Assembly (NCBI GenBank): GCA_050309605.1
Contig: JBNRMN010000071.1
Location: forward strand, 1 to 40,249
Source: Anaerohalosphaeraceae bacterium
GTDB taxonomy: Bacteria > Planctomycetota > Phycisphaerae > Sedimentisphaerales > Anaerohalosphaeraceae
Direction: 5' to 3'
DNA length: 40,249 bases
Below the pieces are notes generated by a model. The model was not told the origin of the DNA, ran no database searches, and saw only the letters and a list, made by a program, of their open reading frames with translations. Made by a program: the position numbers and the translations under genes. Every line of letters starts with the position of its first letter. Positions within the stretch are counted from its first letter, which is position 1. Positions 1 to 8,222 of this stretch are shown one piece after another.

Positions 1-92
1 TCGTCTGGAACGATCTGACGGAACACTTAAAGAAACTGTCCAGTGGAACGCAAATTGTCAAAGAGCTTGGGCGACTACTGATCGCCGCATAA
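1..92 (+). CDS. Possible 3' end of a gene entering from the left edge (product unknown)
   Basis: Frame 3 is open from the edge to TAA at 90-92 (VWNDLTEHLKKLSSGTQIVKELGRLLIAA*), converging on the MTase stop. Frame 2 is also open to 121, so the frame is ambiguous. Confidence 0.3.
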   Translation, partial: VWNDLTEHLKKLSSGTQIVKELGRLLIAA

Positions 93-124
93 ATCTATGT
101 TTAAAAAATCAGTCAACTTGAGAA

Positions 125-1144
125 TTAAAACAATGTCGAGGAGGTCTCTTTGCCTCTTCGACCCTGCGCCCCGTTGGTGTTTTGCGGCGTATTGCGTTCC
201 CAGAATACGCCATCCGTATAGCCTTGTATCGTCCGGTCCTTTTCGGCCATTTCAAGCCGTTTTTCCGCTACGCAAGCATAGGTCCGATCAATCTCAATTC
301 CAACGTAATGGCGATTCAGCTTTTTGGCCGTCACCGACGTCGTCCCTGAACCCAGGAATGGGTCCAACACCACATCGCCAGGATTGGAACTGGCCAGGAT
401 GATCTTGGCCAGCAGTTTTTCGGGCTTCTGGGTCGGATGATCGGTGTTTTCAGGCATCGACCAAAACGGCACCGTCAAATCTGTCCAAAGGTTTGACGGA
501 TGGGTGATTCGAAAATTGCCGTCGATTTCTTTTTGCCAGTCTTTGGGCCGACCTTTTTCACAGGTGTAGGGAGCGATAACTTTACGTTTCAACTTAACTG
601 CTTCGACGTTAAACGTATAATCATCCGAAAGTGTACAAAACCAGATGTCTTCGCTGCAATTTTTCCAATTCGTTTTTGCGCCGCGCCCCTTTTCACGTTC
701 CCATGTAATACGGTTTCGTACCTTGAAATATTTTTCCGCAAACAACTGTGCCGCTCCGCATGAATTCCAGTCTGAACAAATATAAACAGACGCATTGGGA
801 CGCAACGTCTTTAACAACGGCACAAACCACTTTTCAAGATACGCCAGATATGCTTCCTGCGTAGGCTGCTTTGAGAAATGATAGCCGTTAAAGGTTTTAT
901 TCAGATTATAAGGCGGATCAATAAACAGTAAATCCACAAATTGTTCCGGCAAGTAGCTCACCGCATCCGTCACGTCCTGACAAATCGTCTTGTCCAGTAT
1001 CTCGTTGACAGTTGCCCGGCCCTGCAGCAACAACAATCGCTTCTCGTACAGCGTGTACTCCTCAGGCGTCAATGTCAGCGTCCGATTTCTCGGTGCGCGT
1101 ACCTTTGGGCTTTTGACCTTGTCTTTTTCAAGAAGACTTCCCAT
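125..1144 (-). CDS. Site-specific DNA methyltransferase (N4-cytosine/N6-adenine, beta class)
   Basis: Catalytic DPPY motif precedes HPTQKPEKL and the SAM-binding DPFLGSGTT motif, which is beta-class order. The gene is visibly AT-richer than the flanking genes. Confidence 0.93.
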   Translation of the reverse strand: MGSLLEKDKVKSPKVRAPRNRTLTLTPEEYTLYEKRLLLLQGRATVNEILDKTICQDVTDAVSYLPEQFVDLLFIDPPYNLNKTFNGYHFSKQPTQEAYLAYLEKWFVPLLKTLRPNASVYICSDWNSCGAAQLFAEKYFKVRNRITWEREKGRGAKTNWKNCSEDIWFCTLSDDYTFNVEAVKLKRKVIAPYTCEKGRPKDWQKEIDGNFRITHPSNLWTDLTVPFWSMPENTDHPTQKPEKLLAKIILASSNPGDVVLDPFLGSGTTSVTAKKLNRHYVGIEIDRTYACVAEKRLEMAEKDRTIQGYTDGVFWERNTPQNTNGAQGRRGKETSSTLF

Positions 1145-1208
1145 TGCAACCGCGTCACTTCCTTGTTCTTAAAACTGTTTTTTGCCTTGTTGAGACACAC
1201 ACATTTTA

Positions 1209-2519
1209 CTATAACTTTTCGCGTTCATCGATGACCCGTTTGGCCTTGCCTTCGAACACCGGCAGGGCGCCGGGTTCGTGCAGTTCGATGTGGGCGTTGA
1301 TCGTGATCGAGGCGCGCAGGCGGTCTTTGATCGTCCCCTTGAGCCGGTCAATCTGTGCCAGGTCGCCGGTAAAGAGCTTTTGGTACAGCTCGACCTTGAC
1401 CGTCAGCCGATCCAGCCCGTCGCGCGAGGCCAGATGAATCATATAATTGTTGCCCACTTCGGGAATGCTCATCAGCACTTCTTCAATCTGCGACGGAAAG
1501 ACGTTCACCCCGTTGATAATCAGCATATCGTCGGTACGTCCCTGAATCCGCGACAGTCGCCGATGCGTCCGTCCGCAGGGGCACGGCTCCGGATGAATAA
1601 ACGCCAGATCGCGCGTCCGGTAGCGCAAAAGCGGCAGCGCCTCACGAATCAGATTGGTGAAGATGACCTCGCCCAACTCGCCGTCCGGAAGCGACTCGCC
1701 CGTGTGCGGATCAACAATTTCGACAATATAAGCGTCTTCCCACACATGCGGATCGGCCTTGCAGTGGCATTCAAACGCCACGCCGGGACCGTTCATTTCA
1801 CTCAGGCCGTAACAATTGAAAATATCGATGTTGTACAGCTCCTGCAATTTCTGCCGCGTCGGCTCCGAGTGCGGCTCAGCGCCCATATACGCGCGCTTGA
1901 GCGCCAGATCGCCGAGCTTGATGCCGAACTCGGCCATTCGCCCGTGGATATGCAGCAGGTAGCTCGGCGTGATATGCAAACTGGTCGTCTGAAAATCTTT
2001 CATAATCTGAAGCTGTCGCTGCGTGTTGCCGCCGCCGACCGGAATCACCGTCAGCCCGACGCGCTCGGCGCCGTAATGCAGCCCCAGCCCGCCGGTAAAC
2101 AGCCCGTAACTCATCATATTCTGAAACACATCGCCGGCCGTGGCGCCGCTGGCGACGATGCCCCGCGCCAGCAGCTCCGTCCAGCGATCCAGGTCGCCCT
2201 GCGTATAAAAGATCACCGTCGGGATCCCCGTCGTGCCGCTGGACGAATGCACCCGCACCACCTGCTTCATATCCACCGCCAGCAGCCCCTTCGGATAGCT
2301 TTGCCGCAGATCGTCTTTGACCGTAAACGGAATGTTTTTCACGTCCTCCAGTGAGCGAATGTCCTCAGGCATTTTGATGCCCGCCCGAAACAGTCGCTTT
2401 TGATACAGCGGCGTCCGCAGGGCATTGGCCACCCGCTGCCGCAGTCGTTCCAGTTGAAGCGCCTCCAGCGCCGACCGCTCAAGCGTCTCGATCTGCCGAT
2501 TCCAAAACGTCGATTCCAT
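1209..2519 (-). CDS. paaK: Phenylacetate-CoA ligase family protein (copy 2)
   Basis: SSSGTTG P-loop, YGLFTGGLG, YGLSE, RYRTRD, GRTDDM, GVNVFPSQIE and C-terminal GKAKRVID. ATG at 2519 is preferred over TTG at 2531, which lies inside a tandem repeat. Confidence 0.92.
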   Translation of the reverse strand: MESTFWNRQIETLERSALEALQLERLRQRVANALRTPLYQKRLFRAGIKMPEDIRSLEDVKNIPFTVKDDLRQSYPKGLLAVDMKQVVRVHSSSGTTGIPTVIFYTQGDLDRWTELLARGIVASGATAGDVFQNMMSYGLFTGGLGLHYGAERVGLTVIPVGGGNTQRQLQIMKDFQTTSLHITPSYLLHIHGRMAEFGIKLGDLALKRAYMGAEPHSEPTRQKLQELYNIDIFNCYGLSEMNGPGVAFECHCKADPHVWEDAYIVEIVDPHTGESLPDGELGEVIFTNLIREALPLLRYRTRDLAFIHPEPCPCGRTHRRLSRIQGRTDDMLIINGVNVFPSQIEEVLMSIPEVGNNYMIHLASRDGLDRLTVKVELYQKLFTGDLAQIDRLKGTIKDRLRASITINAHIELHEPGALPVFEGKAKRVIDEREKL

Positions 2520-2522
2520 CGA

Positions 2523-2555
2523 AATTCTCAATTCTTAATTCTCAATTCTCAATTC
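2523..2555. repeat. Tandem heptamer repeat (AATTCTY)x4 plus a partial unit
   Basis: aattctc aattctt aattctc aattctc aattc fills the gap between the ACT gene and paaK. Confidence 0.85.
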
Positions 2556-2558
2556 CCC

Positions 2559-2990
2559 CTACAACCCCTCAATATCATGCTCGCCGACCACATTCACGCC
2601 GACGGACTTGAGCACCGTATGGGCCTTTTCCGGATCGTCAAATCGGAATACCAACAGGGCGTTTTCAGAAAACTTCTCCACAAATCCGTACATATACTCA
2701 ACGTTCAGCTCGTGATCGGTCAGAATCTTGAGCACGCGGGCCAGTCCGCCGGGCGTATCGGGCACCTCCACCGCCACCACATCGGTCAGATTGGCGGTCA
2801 CATTTTGCCGGCGCAACGTCTCCATCGCCGCAGCGGGCTTGTCCACCACCATCCGCAGCACCCCGAACGTTTCGGTCTCGGCAATCGTCAGCGCCCGAAT
2901 ATTGACATCTGCCGCTCCGAGCATCGAACAAATGTCATACAGCCGACCCTTGCGATTCTCAAGAAACACGCTGATTTGCTTAATCTTCAT
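2559..2990 (-). CDS. Tandem ACT-domain (amino-acid-binding) protein
   Basis: MKIKQISVFLENRKGRL...PGGLARVL...NVEYMY, 143 aa. This is the family typically found beside paaK/ior. Confidence 0.92.
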   Translation of the reverse strand: MKIKQISVFLENRKGRLYDICSMLGAADVNIRALTIAETETFGVLRMVVDKPAAAMETLRRQNVTANLTDVVAVEVPDTPGGLARVLKILTDHELNVEYMYGFVEKFSENALLVFRFDDPEKAHTVLKSVGVNVVGEHDIEGL

Positions 2991-3017
2991 CGCTTCCGTT
3001 CCTTATATTGTAACCAC

Positions 3018-3094
3018 AGAATGAATTTTGAATTTTGAGTTTTCAATTCTTAATTGAATTCAGCTTTCAACATTAAAAATTGAAAATTCATTCT
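3018..3094. repeat. AT-rich inverted repeat built from degenerate heptamers
   Basis: Perfect 12-bp arms agaatgaatttt (3018-3029) and aaaattcattct (3083-3094), extending imperfectly inward through gaatttt-like units. Confidence 0.75.
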
Positions 3095-4395
3095 TACATC
3101 TGCCGTTTGTCGATGACCCGTTTGGCTTTACCTTCACTGCGGGCGATGGTCTTCGGCTCAACCAGCCGCACCGTAACACCAATGGACAAGACCGCCTCGA
3201 TTTCTTTTTTGATCGTCTGTTCAAGGGCATGCATCCGTTTGATTTCATCGGAGAAGATCGCTTCGTCCACTTCCACCATAATCTCCACCTGATCCAGCTT
3301 GTGCGCCTGCCGATCAATGACAATCTGATAATGCGGGTGAGTCCCTTCGATACCCAGCAGCACATGTTCAATCTGCGACGGAAAGACGTTGATGCCGCGC
3401 ACCACGATCATATCATCCGTGCGTCCTTTGATCTTGCTGGTGCGCGGACTGGTGCGGCCGCACCGACACGGCTCATAGGTCATATTGACAATATCCCGCG
3501 TGCGATAGCGAATCAGCGGAATGCCCTGTTTGGTCAGCGTCGTAATGACCAGCTCGCCGTCCTGACCTTCCGGCACAGGACGGCCGGTTTCCGGATCAAT
3601 GATTTCGGGATAAAACACATCCGAGAACAAATGCAGCCCGTCTTTATACTGACATTCCTGCGACACGCCCGGCCCGATGATTTCGCTCAGGCCGTAAATA
3701 TCGGTCGCCAGCATGTCCCAGGCCTGTTCGATTTCGCCGCGCATCAAATCGCTCCACGGCTCGGCGCCGAACACACCGATCTTCCAACTGGCCGAACGCG
3801 GATCAAGTCCGATCTCTTTGGCCTCCTCGGCCATATACAGGGCATAGCTCGGCGTACACGCCAGAATCCGCGGCTGAAAATCCTGCATAATCTTAAGCTG
3901 CCGCTTGGTCTGTCCCGATGAAGTCGGAATAATCGTCAGCCCCATCTCCATCGCCCCGTAATGAAAGCCCAGCCCGCCGGTAAACAGCCCGTAACCGTAG
4001 GCAATCTGGATCGTATCATCCCGCTCGGCGCCCGCACAGCACAACGCCCGCGCCATCACCTCGCCCCACAGACGAATATCGTCGCGCGTATAGCCGACCA
4101 GCGTCGGGTTGCCCGTCGTGCCGCTGGAGACGTGAAGCTCCACCAACTCGGTCCGCGGCCGGGAAAATAATCCAAACGGATAGCTGTCGCGCATATCCAG
4201 TTTGGTTGTGAACGGCAGCTTGACAATATCCTCAATGCCCTTGATGTCCGACGGCAAAACGCCCGTATCGTCAAACTTCTTTTTGTATAGCGGGCAATGC
4301 TCATACACATACCGCGCCAGCGAGACCAGACGTTCGGACTGAAGATTCTTCATCTCCTCCCGCGCCATTGTTTCAATCGTTTCGTTCCAAATCAT
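3094..4395 (-). CDS. paaK: Phenylacetate-CoA ligase family protein (copy 1)
   Basis: SSGTTGNPT, YGLFTGGLG, GAEPW, YGLSE, RYRTRD and GKAKRVID motifs. GGAG-type RBS upstream. Confidence 0.93.
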   Translation of the reverse strand: MIWNETIETMAREEMKNLQSERLVSLARYVYEHCPLYKKKFDDTGVLPSDIKGIEDIVKLPFTTKLDMRDSYPFGLFSRPRTELVELHVSSGTTGNPTLVGYTRDDIRLWGEVMARALCCAGAERDDTIQIAYGYGLFTGGLGFHYGAMEMGLTIIPTSSGQTKRQLKIMQDFQPRILACTPSYALYMAEEAKEIGLDPRSASWKIGVFGAEPWSDLMRGEIEQAWDMLATDIYGLSEIIGPGVSQECQYKDGLHLFSDVFYPEIIDPETGRPVPEGQDGELVITTLTKQGIPLIRYRTRDIVNMTYEPCRCGRTSPRTSKIKGRTDDMIVVRGINVFPSQIEHVLLGIEGTHPHYQIVIDRQAHKLDQVEIMVEVDEAIFSDEIKRMHALEQTIKKEIEAVLSIGVTVRLVEPKTIARSEGKAKRVIDKRQM

Positions 4396-4418
4396 AAATC
4401 ATCTCCTCGTTTCTGAAA

Positions 4419-4934
4419 TCACCGACCCCTTTTTTTCGGATCCATTGCCGTTTGGGCCGCTTGGCGAGCCGTGTTGAAAATATCTTGATTCTGCCGTCGT
4501 ATTTTTTCGGGAAAGACCGTCTCGAACGCCTTGTCCCAACTTGGCTGCTGAATCGGCAGATACGCCGCCAGCACCCCCATCAGCGCTGTATTGAGCATTT
4601 TGGGATTGTCGATCATTGCCTGGGCCTTGTCCAGCCACTCGAACAGGTCCACGCCGTCGTCTTTAAGAAACAGCGCCAGCCGCGCGTGCTCGTCTTCGTG
4701 AAAACACAGCAGAAAATCCGCCTGTCCGGCGCCCAGCAGCGGCGAAAACACACCCTTGCCGAACCGCACATGCGACTCGACCGACCCGCCGCGCTGACTC
4801 ATCCCGTGCACCTCCGATTTCTTGACCGAATACCTGTCATACAGCGCCGCCCACCCCAGCAGCTCCGACGCCGTAATGATTCCCTGTCCGCCAATCCCGC
4901 CAAATGTAATGTTGTATTGTGTCTTTTTCATCAT
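4419..4934 (-). CDS. iorB: Indolepyruvate:ferredoxin oxidoreductase beta subunit
   Basis: GIGGQG and SEVHGMSQRGGSVESHVRFG signature. ATG at 4934 overlaps the iorA stop (ATGA). Confidence 0.88.
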   Translation of the reverse strand: MMKKTQYNITFGGIGGQGIITASELLGWAALYDRYSVKKSEVHGMSQRGGSVESHVRFGKGVFSPLLGAGQADFLLCFHEDEHARLALFLKDDGVDLFEWLDKAQAMIDNPKMLNTALMGVLAAYLPIQQPSWDKAFETVFPEKIRRQNQDIFNTARQAAQTAMDPKKRGR

Positions 4935-6496
4935 TTCTCTTGTTTTTTCTTTTTTAGTACACACGGATGTTTGGCGATGATGACGCTCAGGGCGTCTTCA
5001 TCGATGCGTTTGCGCACCAGTTCTTCCAGCGCCTTGATATGGCCGACCGGATCGATCACATCGACATGGTCGGCGCCGCAGCTTTTACATAATCCCGCCA
5101 GATCGAGCAGCTTGGTCGGCTCATTGCGAATCGTCCGCCCCGTGGCCGGATGCGGCTGGCCGCCGGTCATCGCCGTGGTGGAATTATCGAGAATGAAAAT
5201 AACCCCCTTGGCCTTGTTGTAGGCCGCGTTGATCAGCCCGGTAATCCCCGAATGTACAAACGTCGAATCGCCCACCACACCGACGATTTTACCGTCCGGA
5301 TGCGCCAGTCGAAGCCCCTCGTTAAACGTTACGCCCGCCCCCATACAGATACACGTGTGCAGCGACGAGGTCGGCGGCAGCGAACCGAGCGTATAGCAAC
5401 CGATGTCCCCGGCCACAAACAGCCCCAGCTTCTTGAACACCGTAAACGCCGCCCAGTGCGGACAGCCCGCACACAATCGCGGCGGACGCACCGGCATCGG
5501 CTGAATGTTCCGCTCGTTGCCGGCGACCACCTCGCCGATCAGCCCCGGATCAAACTCGCCCAGCCGAAAAGACGGATGTTTGAATTTGGCCTTTCGAATC
5601 CCCAGCGCCTTGATGTGCTCTTCAATAAACGGATCCAGCTCCTCGACCACGACCACTTTCTTAACCGATGCGGCAAATGCCTTGATCTTCTCATCGCAGA
5701 ACGGATACAGAAACCCCAGCTTCAGATACGATGCGTCGGGAAAAATCTCCTTGAGATAACAATACGACACACTGGAGGTAATAAAACCCAGCTTCGGATC
5801 CTTCAGTTCGATTTTGTTCAGCCGCGTTTTTTCTGAAAACGCCCGCAGTTTGTCCAGCCGCTTTTCGATGACGTCGTGCCGCATCCGTGCAATCTTGGGC
5901 ACCATCACATATTTTTGCATATTCGGAACCAGCGGCTTCGGCTCGACTTCAACGCGCTGACCCAGCGCGACATCCTCTTTGGAATGCGAAATCCGCGTTG
6001 TCAGCCGCACGATGACCGGCGTATCGAATTTTTCGCTGATCTTGAACGCCTCGGCAACGAACTCCCTGGCCTCCGCCGGCGTCGAAGGCTCCAGCACCGG
6101 CAGCTTGGAAAAAATGCCGACCCAGCGACTGTCCTGCTCGTTCTGCGAGGAGTGCATCCCCGGATCGTCGCAGACGACCACCACAAACCCCGCCTCAACG
6201 CCCGCATACGAAGCCGTCATCAGCGGATCCATCGCCACGTTCAGCCCGACATGCTTGCACGCAAACAGACTCCGCACACCGCCGACCGCCGCCCCGTAAG
6301 CCACCTCAAAGGCGACTTTTTCATTGACCGACCACTGGACAGTCAGCTCCGGATAGGCCGACAGCGATTGAAGAATCTCGGTTGACGGCGTTCCCGGATA
6401 AGCGGCGGCCGTCTTCAACCCCGCTTCCCATGCCCCCCGTGCAACGGCTTCATTACCCGAAAGAAATGCTTTGCCTAAAGATGTTTTTTCGACCAT
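4931..6496 (-). CDS. iorA: Indolepyruvate:ferredoxin oxidoreductase alpha subunit (TPP-binding), without the C-terminal ferredoxin domain
   Basis: GNEAVARGA, YPGTPSTEI, KHVGLNVA, SSQNEQD, RPPRLCAGCPH, GDIGCY and GDSTF...LDNSTTAMTGGQ. Confidence 0.92.
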   Translation of the reverse strand: MVEKTSLGKAFLSGNEAVARGAWEAGLKTAAAYPGTPSTEILQSLSAYPELTVQWSVNEKVAFEVAYGAAVGGVRSLFACKHVGLNVAMDPLMTASYAGVEAGFVVVVCDDPGMHSSQNEQDSRWVGIFSKLPVLEPSTPAEAREFVAEAFKISEKFDTPVIVRLTTRISHSKEDVALGQRVEVEPKPLVPNMQKYVMVPKIARMRHDVIEKRLDKLRAFSEKTRLNKIELKDPKLGFITSSVSYCYLKEIFPDASYLKLGFLYPFCDEKIKAFAASVKKVVVVEELDPFIEEHIKALGIRKAKFKHPSFRLGEFDPGLIGEVVAGNERNIQPMPVRPPRLCAGCPHWAAFTVFKKLGLFVAGDIGCYTLGSLPPTSSLHTCICMGAGVTFNEGLRLAHPDGKIVGVVGDSTFVHSGITGLINAAYNKAKGVIFILDNSTTAMTGGQPHPATGRTIRNEPTKLLDLAGLCKSCGADHVDVIDPVGHIKALEELVRKRIDEDALSVIIAKHPCVLKKKKQEK

Positions 6497-6555
6497 GCGT
6501 ACCTGTCGTAATAAAAATGTATTTCTTGTCCATTATACGTAAATTGCAGGAACAT

Positions 6556-6584
6556 AAGATAGAGAATTTCATCGAAAAGGTCAA
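6556..6584 (-). promoter_or_regulatory. Putative sigma-70 promoter of the ior-paaK operon
   Basis: Minus strand TTGACC-N17-TATCTT, about 60 bp upstream of iorA. Confidence 0.5.
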
Positions 6585-6603
6585 ATCATTTACCTCGCAA
6601 CGC

Positions 6604-6631
6604 AAAAAAAAGCCCGACATTGCTGTCGGGC
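6604..6631 (-). terminator. Rho-independent terminator after the porin gene
   Basis: Stem gcccgaca/tgtcgggc with a 4-nt loop, followed on the minus strand by a run of 8 T. Confidence 0.85.
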
Positions 6632-6685
6632 CTCAAAAAGGAGATTAAAAATCTTAAACAGTCTGTAACAGGAAACCATCCTGAG

Positions 6686-8131
6686 TTAGAACGTCCACTC
6701 CAGATTCACGCGGGCGAAATAGGCCTGATCGCCGCGGGGGGTTTCGTAGTAGCCGCCCGGAATGAAGTAATCCAGCAAGAACTGGGTTCTGAAGTTCTTG
6801 CAGCACTGATACGTCAGCAGACCAGTAAGCATATGGCCGCGGAAATTGCCGTTATTGGAAAAACCGGTCGAACCCCGGAGCGTGTTCTCATCTGCCCACA
6901 ACAAATTATAGTCTGTGGCCAATGTCCACAGCTCGTGAGGTTTGAAACTGTGGCCGACACCGAAGCGGTGCAAATTGGTCACCTCGCCCAACGGCCCCTC
7001 AGCCGCCCACATATAGGACTGCAAGTCGCCGCCGCGCTGATATTGCGGCCAGTCTGCCCACATTGTATTGAATTTTTCACTCTTGCTGGTACTCGGATCG
7101 TCACCGGACATATATTCGTATCCGATATGAACTTCATTGTTTAATTTATCGTGGAACGAATATTGAAGCTTGTTGTTGGTGCCAAAGGCGCGCTGATCCA
7201 CAAAGTCTCCGCCGTCCGGACGGAACCGGCCAAACTGATAAGCGGCTTCGGCGCTGTAGCTCCAGTTGGTGTCCAGATTGCCGAACACACGTCCGCCCAG
7301 CACATTGGTTTCCTGGTCGTCGCCTGCCCTGTCCCAGAACTTGGCCCAGCCGGACTTTTTATCTTTTTTGAACATATAGTAGGCGTCAAAGCCAAAATCT
7401 TCCGTGACATTGTTCGTCAGATAAAGAATCACGCCCTTTTCATCCTGGTTCTGCGTCAGATGACGACGATCCCGAACGGCGCTGTGATTAAAGGGCTTGA
7501 GCCACTTGCTCTCGTCGTCATACTGCTGAAGGTAAATCATATCCAGCTTGGCCGTGTCACTAAGCTGGTATGTGCCGCGTACCGCATCAAAGAAGATCGT
7601 TCGCGAACCATCCGCGGGCGTCCCGTCCAGCACCAGCCAGCCGGTACCAAGGATGATGTCCTGACGACCGACCGTCAAGGTTAAAGGCAGGTCAAATGCG
7701 TTGCGGAACTGGATATTCATATGATCAAAGATCGCCTCATCGAAATCGGTGCTGCGCTGTCCAAAAAACGCGCCGGCGCCGCCTCTGGGATAACAATGAT
7801 TCCAGAACTCCCAAGTCAGCCGGGTACTGAACGTAACATCGTCATCCAGCGTCCACTTGGTTGACCACCGCGGACGAATACGCTGAAAGTGTTTGTCCCC
7901 TTCCATACGGTCGGATACAGTGAGCATATTTCGCGTATAGACTTCACGCAGCCGCAGGTCAAGCCCCATCTCCAGCCCTTCCATTGGATTGTGAAATGCC
8001 TTCATCCAGTCGGGATCGAAGTCGTGCCAATGTTTGGGTGCCGCGCCGGCATAATCGACGGGATCCTGTGCCAAACCGGTCGCAGCGACCATCAACATCC
8101 CAACCAACACCATTACCATACTTTGTTTCAT
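6686..8131 (-). CDS. Outer-membrane beta-barrel, alginate export (AlgE-like) family
   Basis: Signal peptide MKQSMVMVLVGMLMVAATGLA. LTVGRQDI, YEYMSGDDP and amphipathic aromatic strands. C-terminal Phe (VNLEWTF). AAGGAG RBS before ATG at 8131. Confidence 0.8.
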   Translation of the reverse strand: MKQSMVMVLVGMLMVAATGLAQDPVDYAGAAPKHWHDFDPDWMKAFHNPMEGLEMGLDLRLREVYTRNMLTVSDRMEGDKHFQRIRPRWSTKWTLDDDVTFSTRLTWEFWNHCYPRGGAGAFFGQRSTDFDEAIFDHMNIQFRNAFDLPLTLTVGRQDIILGTGWLVLDGTPADGSRTIFFDAVRGTYQLSDTAKLDMIYLQQYDDESKWLKPFNHSAVRDRRHLTQNQDEKGVILYLTNNVTEDFGFDAYYMFKKDKKSGWAKFWDRAGDDQETNVLGGRVFGNLDTNWSYSAEAAYQFGRFRPDGGDFVDQRAFGTNNKLQYSFHDKLNNEVHIGYEYMSGDDPSTSKSEKFNTMWADWPQYQRGGDLQSYMWAAEGPLGEVTNLHRFGVGHSFKPHELWTLATDYNLLWADENTLRGSTGFSNNGNFRGHMLTGLLTYQCCKNFRTQFLLDYFIPGGYYETPRGDQAYFARVNLEWTF

Positions 8132-8180
8132 CGTGTTCTCCTTAAAAGTCGTACACCAAATCGAATACATTCTTATCTAA

Positions 8181-8222
8181 TCTGTCTTCTGACCTCTGAC
8201 TTCTGTCTTCTGATCTATGACC
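8181..8222. repeat. Tandem heptamer repeat, about six TCTGWCY-like units
   Basis: tctgtct tctgacc tctgact tctgtct tctgatc tatgacc, directly after the symporter stop. Confidence 0.8.

Noticed and set aside
1278..2354. Long plus-strand ORF (358 aa) opposite paaK, and similar antisense ORFs at 15848-17041, 22850-24499, 25725-26945, 28646-29773 and 30976-32553
   Set aside because: They are shadows of well-supported genes on the opposite strand, which is common in GC-rich DNA. None has recognisable motifs.
2523..3094. Short repeats as a possible CRISPR array
   Set aside because: The units are 7 bp and tandem, with no unique spacers. No cas genes are in the window.
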